From: Candidatus Latescibacterota bacterium
GTDB taxonomy: Bacteria > Latescibacterota > UBA2968 > UBA8231
Direction: 5' to 3'
Length of the DNA stretch: 64,000 nt
Assembly (NCBI GenBank): GCA_965242865.1
Contig: CBDETK010000013.1
Coordinates: 4,928,001-4,992,000 of the forward strand
Part shown: positions 55,967 to 64,000 of the stretch, in pieces
Numbering within the stretch: the stretch's first letter is position 1
Layout of the letters: every line of letters starts with the position of its first letter
Program-made: the position numbers and the translations under genes
The notes under the pieces: model-generated
What the model was told of the DNA's origin: nothing
Database searches by the model: none
The model's input: the letters and a program-made list of their open reading frames with translations, nothing else

Positions 55967-58318
55967 ATGGAGTCCGAACGCGCAGTCGCACACCGCTTTG
56001 AAGACATGTTGGCGCAACTCGAAGGCCACGGCCTCAAGCGCAACGGCCACGACGCCCTTTTGGCCCGGGCCGCTGACGCCGAAACCTATTACGGCGACAA
56101 CGACCTCGCCATCGACGTTTTGCGCAACAAATACTTGGCCCCCGGCGAGACCGGGCCGCTGCACATCTGGGACCGCATCGCCCGGGCCATGGCCTCAGTG
56201 GAGGAAGATTCCCAATACTGGTATGACCGCTTCTTCTCGCTGTTGATGGATTTCACGTTCATCCCCGGCGGGCGCGTCATGCACGGGGCCGGCCGGGACG
56301 AGGCCCGACGCAAGCCGACCCTGTCCAACTGCTACGTCATTCCCATTGAAGAGGACAGCCTCGAAGGCATCTACCGCTGCCTAAGCGAGTCGGCGATGGT
56401 GTACCGCACGGGCGGGGGCGTGGGCACGGATTTATCGATCCTCAGGCCGCACGGGGCCCCGGTCAACGCCACGGTGGATGCCTCGCCGGGTTGCACCGCC
56501 TTTATGAACCTGCTCTCCGAGAGCACCAATGCCGTCTCCCAAGCCGGCCGTCGCGGTGCCCTGATGCTGACCTTGCGGGTTGATCATCCCGACATCGAAG
56601 ACTTTATCACCATCAAAAACGACGCCAATCGCACCAAAGTGCAGTACGCCAATATCAGCGTGCTCATTACTCACGAGTTCATGCAGGCGGTGTTGGCGGA
56701 CTCGGACTTTGACTTGCGCTGGAATGGTAAAGTATTCCGCACGATTAAGGCGCGCCAACTGTGGGACAAGATCATCGCCAATGCCCACGCCAGTGCCGAG
56801 CCGGGGATTATCTTTTGGGACACCATGCGCGAGTATCACAATGTCGAATACGCCAATCCGCTCACCAGTACCAATCCCTGCGGCGAACAGCCGCTGGCGT
56901 CGTACACGGCCTGCAATCTAGGCAACCTCAATTTGGTCAACTTCGTACGCGCCGGCCGCGAGTTTGACTACGAAGCATTGGGGCAGGCCGCGCGCGTGGC
57001 GACCCGCTTTTTGGACAACGTCATTGATTACAACATGGACAACCACGCCCTGCCCAAAATTCGGGAAGCGGTCGCCTCCGATCGCCGAGTGGGTTTGGGC
57101 CTCACGGGCATGGCCGATGCGCTGGTCTTGATGCAGAGTAAGTACGATTCGGACGAGGCTTTGGCGATCGTCGATAAGGTCATGGCCACCATCCGGGACC
57201 ATGCGTACGAAATGTCCGTTGAGTTGGCGCGGGAGAAAGGCCCTTTTCCGCTTTTCGACTGGGCGGGCGTCAAGCAGAGCAAATTCATCCAAACCCTGCC
57301 CCGTGCGCTGCAAGAGAAAATCGCCGCGCACGGCCTGCGCAACTGCACCTTGATTACCATGCCGCCGGTGGGCACCGGTTCGATTGTGGCGCAGACGAGT
57401 TCGGGCATTGAGCCCATCTTCTGCACCAGCTATACCCGCCGGGTAAAGCAGGATGACGGCGAGAGTTTCCGCGAGTACAAAATCTATCACCCGCTCGTCC
57501 AGCGCGTCTTCGGCGGCGACGAGGACCTGCCCGATTACGTCGTGACGGCCCACGAGATCGACCCTTATTTCCGCGTCAAGATGCAGGGCGTGATCCAGCA
57601 GTACACCGATAGCAGCATTTCTTCAACGCTCAACCTGCCCGAAGACATCGCGCTCGAAACGGTCGCCGACATCTACATCACCGCGTACAAGGAGGGGCTC
57701 AAGGGCGTGACGGTGTACCGCGAGGGCAGCCGCGAGGGCATCCTGCAGACCGAAGGCCAAGCCGACGACAACGAAGCGGCAGCACCGGCGGCGGTTCCCA
57801 ACTACATGGGGCCGGATGGCTTCCTTCACCGGCGGCGGCGGCCGGCGGTCACCACCGGCATCACCGAGCGGATCAACACCGGCGAGGGCAAAATCTACGT
57901 CACAATCAACGAGGACGAGCACGGGATATGCGAAGTCTTCAGTACCATCGGCAAGTCTGGCGGCAACGCCGCCGCTCAGTCTGAGGCCATCAGCCGGCTA
58001 ATTTCGCTGGTGCTGAGTTCGGGGGTTGATCCCCAAGAGGTTATCAGCGAATTGAAGGGCATTTCCGGCCCCAGTCCAGTGTGGGAAAACGGCGAGCTAA
58101 TCCTCTCCACGCCCGATGCCATTGGCAAGGCGATGGAGCGCTATTTGCAGCGGACAGCAGGCCAGCCGCGCGAAGCTGTCGCCCCGGAGAACGCGCCGGC
58201 TAGTTCCGTCGCGAGCAGCGAGCCAAAGACCCTGACGACCTGTCCAGAGTGCGGGGCGACGGTATCCTATGAGAGCAGCTGTCTGATGTGCAAGCACTGC
58301 GGGTGGTCCAAGTGCTGA
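55967..58318 (+). CDS. nrdJ: Class II (adenosylcobalamin-dependent) ribonucleotide reductase with C-terminal TSCPD-like domain and zinc ribbon
   Basis: SNCYV, GGGVG, QAGRRGA.M, TNPCGEQPL, CNLG, PVGT.S, KGVTVYR, STPDAIG, CPECG...CKHCGWSKC. Confidence 0.93.
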   Translation: MESERAVAHRFEDMLAQLEGHGLKRNGHDALLARAADAETYYGDNDLAIDVLRNKYLAPGETGPLHIWDRIARAMASVEEDSQYWYDRFFSLLMDFTFIPGGRVMHGAGRDEARRKPTLSNCYVIPIEEDSLEGIYRCLSESAMVYRTGGGVGTDLSILRPHGAPVNATVDASPGCTAFMNLLSESTNAVSQAGRRGALMLTLRVDHPDIEDFITIKNDANRTKVQYANISVLITHEFMQAVLADSDFDLRWNGKVFRTIKARQLWDKIIANAHASAEPGIIFWDTMREYHNVEYANPLTSTNPCGEQPLASYTACNLGNLNLVNFVRAGREFDYEALGQAARVATRFLDNVIDYNMDNHALPKIREAVASDRRVGLGLTGMADALVLMQSKYDSDEALAIVDKVMATIRDHAYEMSVELAREKGPFPLFDWAGVKQSKFIQTLPRALQEKIAAHGLRNCTLITMPPVGTGSIVAQTSSGIEPIFCTSYTRRVKQDDGESFREYKIYHPLVQRVFGGDEDLPDYVVTAHEIDPYFRVKMQGVIQQYTDSSISSTLNLPEDIALETVADIYITAYKEGLKGVTVYREGSREGILQTEGQADDNEAAAPAAVPNYMGPDGFLHRRRRPAVTTGITERINTGEGKIYVTINEDEHGICEVFSTIGKSGGNAAAQSEAISRLISLVLSSGVDPQEVISELKGISGPSPVWENGELILSTPDAIGKAMERYLQRTAGQPREAVAPENAPASSVASSEPKTLTTCPECGATVSYESSCLMCKHCGWSKC

Positions 58319-58348
58319 GCTAAAGCCGGACCGCGCTTTTGCTTGAGG

Positions 58349-58390
58349 CGAGGACGTCGTCGGGAAACCGGCGGCGTCCTCGTTTATTTT
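58349..58390 (+). terminator. Intrinsic terminator after nrdJ
   Basis: cgaggacgtcgtcgg-gaaa-ccggcggcgtcctcg then tttatttt. Confidence 0.8.
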
Positions 58391-59142
58391 AGGTCCAGCA
58401 CCAATCCGTCGTACGCGAGTTGCACGCCCGGGGGAAGTTCGGCGTTGGTCTGATGGTGGTCGAGGTCGTGGGCGATATGCGTGAAGTACGTGCGAGCAGG
58501 CCGGAGCTCGGCGACGATGGCCAACGCCTGCTCGACGTTGAAATGGGTGGGATGTTCTTGGTGGCGCAGGGCGTCGAGGACCAAGACCTCTAGGCCGCGC
58601 AACCGCGCCATGGCCGCGGCCGGGATGCAGTTCGTGTCCGTGGCGTAGGCAAAGTCGCCGATGCGGAAGGCGAGGACCGGGGCGCGGCCGTGATAGATGG
58701 TGAGCGGCTCGATCGCGAGCCCACAGGCTGTGAACGGCCCGGCAATCGGGCGCAGGGCAATCTGCGGCGTCGCGCTGGGGGCGTCTTTGTCAAAGGCGTA
58801 GTCGAAGACTCGTTCAATGCGTGCAATGGTGAGCGGGTCTGCGTAGCAGGGCAGCGGTTGGTCGCGGTCAAAGCAATAGGAGCGCACGTCGTCGAGGCCG
58901 TGCAGGTGGTCGGCGTGGCCGTGGGTCAACAACACGCAATCAACGCGATCGATCCGATAGCGCAGGGCTTGGGTTCTGAGGTCTGGACCGGCATCTACGA
59001 GGATGGATCGACCCCGGTGGGCTAGGTGTAAGGCGCAGCGCAAGCGCTTGTTTTTGGGGTCGTCCGAGGTGCAAACCGGGCAGTAGCAGCCGATGCGCGG
59101 CACCCCGATAGAGGTGCCAGTGCCGAGGAAAGTGACCTTCAT
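58384..59142 (-). CDS. MBL-fold metallo-hydrolase (PhnP/YycJ-like phosphodiesterase)
   Basis: FLGTGTS.GVP.IGC.C.VC.S, DAGPDLR.Q, THGHADHLHG, THIAH, AYDG. Confidence 0.9.
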   Translation of the reverse strand: MKVTFLGTGTSIGVPRIGCYCPVCTSDDPKNKRLRCALHLAHRGRSILVDAGPDLRTQALRYRIDRVDCVLLTHGHADHLHGLDDVRSYCFDRDQPLPCYADPLTIARIERVFDYAFDKDAPSATPQIALRPIAGPFTACGLAIEPLTIYHGRAPVLAFRIGDFAYATDTNCIPAAAMARLRGLEVLVLDALRHQEHPTHFNVEQALAIVAELRPARTYFTHIAHDLDHHQTNAELPPGVQLAYDGLVLDLK

Positions 59143-59894
59143 GCCGACACAGCGGGCAGGGTCAGAATCCGCGGCCCATCCGCGGCAATGGCCACGGTGT
59201 GTTCGGCATGGGCCGTGAGCGAGCGGTCCGAGGTAAGGGCGGTCCAGTCGTCGAGCTGGTTGATTTGGGGGTTGCCTAGGCAGAGAATCGGCTCGATGCA
59301 GAGTACGTGTCCGGGCTTGAGCAGCGGGCCTTTGCCGGGCGAGCCATAGTTTTCGATATAGGGCGACTCGTGCAGCTCGCGGCCAATGCCATGGCCTCCG
59401 TACTCGCGCACTACGGCCAGACCTTGGCTTTCGGCGTGGCACTCAATGGCGTGCGAAATGTCGGAGAGACGCCCGCCGGGGCGCGCTCGGTCAATGCCCT
59501 GAGCGAGGCATTCGAGGGTGCCATTGATGAGGTGCTGCGCCGGGGCGCTGATCGCGCCGACTGCCACGGTAAAGGCCCCGTCGCCGTAGTACCCGTCGAG
59601 GCAGGCCCCCACGTCAATGCTGACGATGTCGCCCTCTTGTAGCGGGGTTTTGTCCGGGAGCCCATGGGCGATTGCGGCATTTACTGAAGCGCAAATTGAG
59701 TAGGGAAAGCCGTGGTATCCTTTGAAGGCGGGCGTCGCCCCTAAGGCGCGGATTTCGGCCTCGGCGACTTGGTCCAACTCGAGGGTGCTGACGCCGGGCG
59801 CGATGAGCGCTTCGAGCTTCTGCTGGACGGCAAAGACGATCTGGCAGCTAGCGGCAATGTGTTCTATTTCGCTTGATTTCTTGCGGTGGATCAA
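59139..59894 (-). CDS. map: Type I methionine aminopeptidase
   Basis: FKGYHGFP.SICASVN...HG.P, DIVSIDVG, GHGIG..LHE.P, IEP, AHAEHT; TTG start inferred. Confidence 0.95.
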   Translation of the reverse strand: MIHRKKSSEIEHIAASCQIVFAVQQKLEALIAPGVSTLELDQVAEAEIRALGATPAFKGYHGFPYSICASVNAAIAHGLPDKTPLQEGDIVSIDVGACLDGYYGDGAFTVAVGAISAPAQHLINGTLECLAQGIDRARPGGRLSDISHAIECHAESQGLAVVREYGGHGIGRELHESPYIENYGSPGKGPLLKPGHVLCIEPILCLGNPQINQLDDWTALTSDRSLTAHAEHTVAIAADGPRILTLPAVSA

Positions 59895-60052
59895 GGTGCA
59901 AACCCCAGAGAATTCGGCGCGCAATGCCAAATGCGGTACGAAAAGGCGGCGGTGCTGGTTTGTCAAGAGCGCGTCTTGCGGTTGTCTTAGGGCGTCTATA
60001 TATTCAAAAAATTGCGTAACTTACGGCTAAATCCTATCAACCGAGGGAGCAG

Positions 60053-62329
60053 ATGGGCAAGTCATTGGTGGTTGTCGAGTCGCCGGCCAAAGCCAAGACA
60101 ATCAACAAAATTTTGGGCAAAAATTTTGTGGTCAAACCCTGTATGGGGCACGTGCGCGACCTGCCGCCCAAAGAGCTGGGGATCGACATTTCAGACGGCT
60201 TCAGGCCGCGCTACGTAACGATTCGGGGCAAGGGCAAGATCCTCAGCGGCCTCCGCAAAGCAGCCCAAGCCGCCGACACTACCTACTTGGCCACCGACCC
60301 CGACCGCGAGGGCGAGGCCATTGCTTGGCACGTGGCCCAAGCCATCGCACGCAAGGACGACGACGTCAAGCGAATTCTCTTCAACGAGATCACCCCCAAA
60401 GCCGTGCGCGAGTCGCTGGAGCATTCGAGCGTGCTCGACCTGCACAAGGTCAATGCCCAGCAAGCGCGGCGCGTGTTGGACCGCTTGGTTGGCTACGAGA
60501 TCAGCCCGCTCTTGTGGAAGGTCATTCACTCCGGGCTTTCCGCTGGCCGAGTGCAGTCCGTAGCCGTGCGGTTGATCTGCGACCGCGACCGCGAGATTAA
60601 GGCGTTTGTTCCCGAGGAGTCTTGGTCCATCGAAGCGCTTTTGGGCCGCGCCGGGCGCGGTTCGTTCTGGGCGCGGCTCTTGGCCAAAGATGGCATCAGC
60701 AATCAGGAGGAGGCCAGTCGCATCGCCTCCGAGCTCGCCGCGCAGGATATCGCGGTCAAAGAGGTCAAGCAGCGCGACCGAGTGCGGCGGCCGGCTCCCC
60801 CGTTCACGACCAGCACCTTGCAGCAAGAATGCGCTCGGCGGATGCGCTTTTCGGTCAAGCGCACCATGGCGGTAGCTCAGCAGCTATACGAAGGCATTGA
60901 GGTCGAGGGCGAAACCCGCGGTCTAATTACCTATATGCGCACGGATTCAGTGCGCGTTGCAGCCGACGCCATCGCCGAGGTGCGCGAGCAGATCGATGCC
61001 CTGTACGGCCGCGAGTACGTGCCCGAAAAGCCCAATCACTACCGGACCAAAAACAGCGCCCAAGACGCCCACGAGGCCATACGCCCCACCGCGGTGGCAC
61101 TGCATCCAGACAAAATTGAGCACTTGCTCAAGCCGGATCAGGCGCGGGTGTACTCCCTAATCTGGAAGCGGTTTGTAACCTCGCAGATGAAGCCGCAGGT
61201 GCTCGGCATCACCACGGCCAATGTCGAGGCCGGTCCCTATTTGCTCCGAGCGACGGGGAGCGTGGTCAAGTTTCCGGGCTTTACCCTGCTCTACAGCGAA
61301 AGCAAAGAAGAGGACAAGCTAGAGGCTGGGTCGAACGGTCGCTCCGCAGAAAAAGAAAAGGACGAGGCGCGGGCCATGCCCCCTGACATTGCCGCGGGCG
61401 AGAGGCTGAAGGTAGAAAAGATCGCCCCCGAGCAGCACTTTACCAAACCGCCCCCGCGCTTTACCGAGGCGTCTTTGGTCAAGCAACTGGAGTCCGAAGG
61501 CATTGGCCGCCCCTCGACCTACGCGCAAATTATCACCACCATCCTCGACCGCGAGTACGTCGAAAAGGTCGATAACCGCTACTTCGTGGCCACGGAGCGC
61601 GGCCAGACCGTCAACAAACTGCTCGTAGATACCTTCCCGCATCTCTTTAACGTAGCGTTCACGGCCAACATGGAGGACAAGCTCGATCAGGTCGAAGATG
61701 GGGGCACCAACTGGGTGGAGATTGTGCAGCAGTTCTACGACTCGTGGAAGGGCGACTTAGACGCGGCCAACAATCGCCGCCGCGAGCTAAAGCTGGCGCT
61801 GCAAGAGGCGTCGGACGAAACCTGCGAGGAGTGCGGGGCCGCCATGGTCGTCAAGTGGGGCCGCAACGGCCGCTTCCTCGCGTGTTCGGGCTATCCCAAG
61901 TGCAAAAACACCAAGCCCCTCGAAGAGCAAGACGAGGTGGCCACCGACGAAGTCTGCGAGCAGTGCAACGCGCCCATGGTCGTCAAGCTGGGGCGCTACG
62001 GCCGCTTTTTGGCTTGCAGCGGCTATCCTGCTTGCAAAAACGTCAAGCCTTATGTCCTCGGAATTCAGTGTCCAGAGGAGGGCTGCGAGGGCCAAATCGT
62101 GGAGAAGCAGTCGCGCAAAGGCAAGGTCTTCTTTGGTTGCAGCACCTATCCCAAGTGCAAGTTCGCCAGTTGGGACCGCCCCATCGACCGCGAGTGTCCG
62201 CATTGCGCGGCGGCCTTGCTCTACGAAAAAGGCCGCCGCTCGGGCGTTCCCGCGCTGTACTGCCGGGTCTGCGGCACCGAGTACGAAAGCGAAGAGGGCG
62301 AAAAAGACAAAAACGCCCAAGCGGCCTGA
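60053..62329 (+). CDS. topA: DNA topoisomerase I with C-terminal zinc ribbons
   Basis: VVESPAKAKTI, ATDPDREGEAI, SAGRVQS, ITYMRTD, QDAHEAIRPT, GIGRPSTYA, repeated FLACSGYP.C. Confidence 0.98.
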   Translation: MGKSLVVVESPAKAKTINKILGKNFVVKPCMGHVRDLPPKELGIDISDGFRPRYVTIRGKGKILSGLRKAAQAADTTYLATDPDREGEAIAWHVAQAIARKDDDVKRILFNEITPKAVRESLEHSSVLDLHKVNAQQARRVLDRLVGYEISPLLWKVIHSGLSAGRVQSVAVRLICDRDREIKAFVPEESWSIEALLGRAGRGSFWARLLAKDGISNQEEASRIASELAAQDIAVKEVKQRDRVRRPAPPFTTSTLQQECARRMRFSVKRTMAVAQQLYEGIEVEGETRGLITYMRTDSVRVAADAIAEVREQIDALYGREYVPEKPNHYRTKNSAQDAHEAIRPTAVALHPDKIEHLLKPDQARVYSLIWKRFVTSQMKPQVLGITTANVEAGPYLLRATGSVVKFPGFTLLYSESKEEDKLEAGSNGRSAEKEKDEARAMPPDIAAGERLKVEKIAPEQHFTKPPPRFTEASLVKQLESEGIGRPSTYAQIITTILDREYVEKVDNRYFVATERGQTVNKLLVDTFPHLFNVAFTANMEDKLDQVEDGGTNWVEIVQQFYDSWKGDLDAANNRRRELKLALQEASDETCEECGAAMVVKWGRNGRFLACSGYPKCKNTKPLEEQDEVATDEVCEQCNAPMVVKLGRYGRFLACSGYPACKNVKPYVLGIQCPEEGCEGQIVEKQSRKGKVFFGCSTYPKCKFASWDRPIDRECPHCAAALLYEKGRRSGVPALYCRVCGTEYESEEGEKDKNAQAA

Positions 62330-62343
62330 GCATTCTCTCCTCC

Positions 62344-63300
62344 TTGGCTCGCGTACCCCAAAGCGCTTTGCACGCCGGCTCCAGCCTCGAAGAGGGCATC
62401 GCCCGCTTCTTGGACCACCTCCACAAAGAGCGCAACTACGCCGAGTACACCCTCAGTTCATATCGCTGCGACTTGCAGCAATTCGCCCGCTTCCTCTATC
62501 CACGAGTCGATACTTTGCAACTGCCGCTGCGGGCAGTGCAGCGCGCGCAGGTTCAGGCGTTTGTCGTCGATCTAGAGGAAAGGGGCCTCAAAGCCAGCAC
62601 CGTGGCCCGCAAATTGGCGGCCCTGCGCTCGCTCTTCCGCTATCTGTGTCGCGAGGGCGCCCTCCTCGCCAACCCGGCGGGCGCGGTCGCATCGCCCTTG
62701 GTCGAGCGCGTTGCGCCGCGGCACCTGCCCGTAGAGCAGGTGGCCGAGGCCATGGAAGCCCCTTCAACCGAGCGGTTCAGCGGCGTGCGGGACCGGGCCA
62801 TTCTAGAGGTGTTCTACGGCGGGGGCATTCGCCTCGGCGAGCTGGTGGGGCTCAACCTCTCGGCGCTCGATCTGGCCGAAGGCACCATCAAGGTGATGGG
62901 CAAGGGCCGCAAGGAGCGCGTCGCCCCCATCGGCGCGAAGGCCCGAGAGGCCCTCAAAGCATACCTACAACGCCGCGCTGAAGTCCTGCTCGAATGCGAT
63001 ATGTCCCAAGTAGAAGCCGGGGCCCTGTTTCTCAACGGGCGCGGCAAGCGATTGAGCCGCCGCACGGTGCAGCGCATCGTTGAGCGCCATTTGCGCGCCG
63101 TGTCGGAAGACCATTCGCTCAGCCCGCATCGCCTGCGCCACTCCTTTGCCGTCCACCTCCTCGACGCGGGCGCCGACTTGGCGGCCGTCAAGGAGCTGCT
63201 CGGGCACGCGACCTTGGCCGCGACTCAGAGCTATACCGAAGTGAGCTTGGAGCACCTGCAAGCCATCTATGCCGAGGCCCATCCGCACGGTGCTGATTAG
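62344..63300 (+). CDS. xerC: Tyrosine recombinase XerC
   Basis: RDRAILE, GIRLGEL, GKGRKER, SPHRLRHSFA.HLL, LLGH, catalytic Y (TQSYT); follows topA; start uncertain (no ATG). Confidence 0.85.
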   Translation: MARVPQSALHAGSSLEEGIARFLDHLHKERNYAEYTLSSYRCDLQQFARFLYPRVDTLQLPLRAVQRAQVQAFVVDLEERGLKASTVARKLAALRSLFRYLCREGALLANPAGAVASPLVERVAPRHLPVEQVAEAMEAPSTERFSGVRDRAILEVFYGGGIRLGELVGLNLSALDLAEGTIKVMGKGRKERVAPIGAKAREALKAYLQRRAEVLLECDMSQVEAGALFLNGRGKRLSRRTVQRIVERHLRAVSEDHSLSPHRLRHSFAVHLLDAGADLAAVKELLGHATLAATQSYTEVSLEHLQAIYAEAHPHGAD

Positions 63301-64000
63301 CGTCTTTAGCGTCTTAGCCGCGCTGTTGTTGGGCTGCGCCAAAGTCGGGTCGCCCACCGGCGGGCCGGTAGATAAAGAGCCACCCCGCATTCTGTCGCAT
63401 TACCCGGAGCGCGACGCCTTGAAAGTGGCGCGGGATACCCAAGTAGCGATCGTCTTTAGCGAACCTATGAGCCGCGAGCAGACCGAAGCCGCTGTTTTCA
63501 CCTCGCCGGCCGGGCCGCTAAAACTGTCGTGGCGCGGTCTGCGGCTGGGCATTGCCATGTCCTTGGCCGAAGAGCGGACCTATGTGCTGACGGTGGGGAC
63601 TGGGGCGCGCGACCTGCGGGGCAATGCCTTGACGGAATCCTTTACCTTGGCGTTTGCCACCGGCTCACAGCTCGATCAAGGGTTGGTGCGGGGCCGGGTG
63701 CATCAAGGCCATCAACCTGTGGCCGGGGTCCACGTTTGGGCCTACGACTTGGGAACCTTTAGCGGGGAGGTCGGATTGGACGCACCGTCCTATCAGACTC
63801 AGAGCGGCGCCGACGGGACCTATGAGTTTGCTCGCCTCGCTCCGGGCCGCTATCGGGTGCTGGCCTTTCGGGACGCAAATCGCAACGTCCTGCCAGACGC
63901 CGACGAGTGGCTGGCCCTGCCGGCCGCCCCGGTGCAAGTGGGGGAGGAAGAGGTGCGGGCTGGCGACTTGGCCCTCGTGCGCCGGCAAGTGCCCGCGCCC
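63290..64000 (+). CDS. Ig-like (Big_5) domain lipoprotein, partial at window end
   Basis: Own translation from GTG 63290: VLISVFSVLAALLLGCAKVGSPTGGPVDKEPP...FSEPM...RDLRGN..FATG; lipobox plus the 'CA...P.GGP.D..PP' pattern of FCB-group proteins. Confidence 0.8.
   Translation, partial: MLISVFSVLAALLLGCAKVGSPTGGPVDKEPPRILSHYPERDALKVARDTQVAIVFSEPMSREQTEAAVFTSPAGPLKLSWRGLRLGIAMSLAEERTYVLTVGTGARDLRGNALTESFTLAFATGSQLDQGLVRGRVHQGHQPVAGVHVWAYDLGTFSGEVGLDAPSYQTQSGADGTYEFARLAPGRYRVLAFRDANRNVLPDADEWLALPAAPVQVGEEEVRAGDLALVRRQVPAP

Noticed and set aside
61744-63300. Phage or island integrase, and the 518-aa ORF length
   Set aside because: topA-xerC synteny indicates the chromosomal resolvase; the N-terminal extension is an off-frame overlap with topA.

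Overview
A 64 kb bacterial window, probably from an FCB-group organism. Candidatus Latescibacterota is my inference from gene content and protein tails, not a database result. (1) 1-10.2 kb: a decayed type I restriction-modification remnant around a membrane-anchored J-domain gene, a sugar-acid uptake and catabolism operon (ABC transporter, NAD-dependent epimerase/dehydrogenase, DgoD-like dehydratase), an IS982 element with both terminal inverted repeats and a 7-bp target duplication inserted just upstream of that operon, and a divergent M19 dipeptidase homologue. (2) 10.3-30.6 kb: a visibly less GC-rich block of secreted and envelope genes, and the best candidate for an undescribed system. 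One operon encodes a CBM9-like protein with a 'SWGxIK' C-terminal tail, an internal terminator, three paralogous discoidin/FlgD-Ig proteins all ending in V-x-Y, a 903-aa probable outer-membrane protein and a degenerate two-domain parvulin lipoprotein. Three FG-GAP/ASPIC-UnbV (CRTAC1-like) genes, a TPR gene and an FGE-sulfatase-domain gene flank it. (3) 30.8-36.9 kb: a conserved hypothetical protein, a peptidase-TolB-Omp85-like fusion and an AT-rich two-gene islet (Cas2/VapD-like fold plus 2-TM protein). (4) 37-64 kb: core genes (rpmI-rplT-pheS-pheT-zapB-zapA-rny-ymdB-xseA-xseB-recN-pgsA-like, surE, Omp85, accD, TPR-exbB-exbD-exbD-tonB, nrdR-nrdJ with an NrdR box, phnP-like, map, topA, xerC). 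The RNase Y lacks several HD-domain metal ligands. I saw no rRNA, tRNA or CRISPR array. All family calls are by motif recognition; no searches were run.
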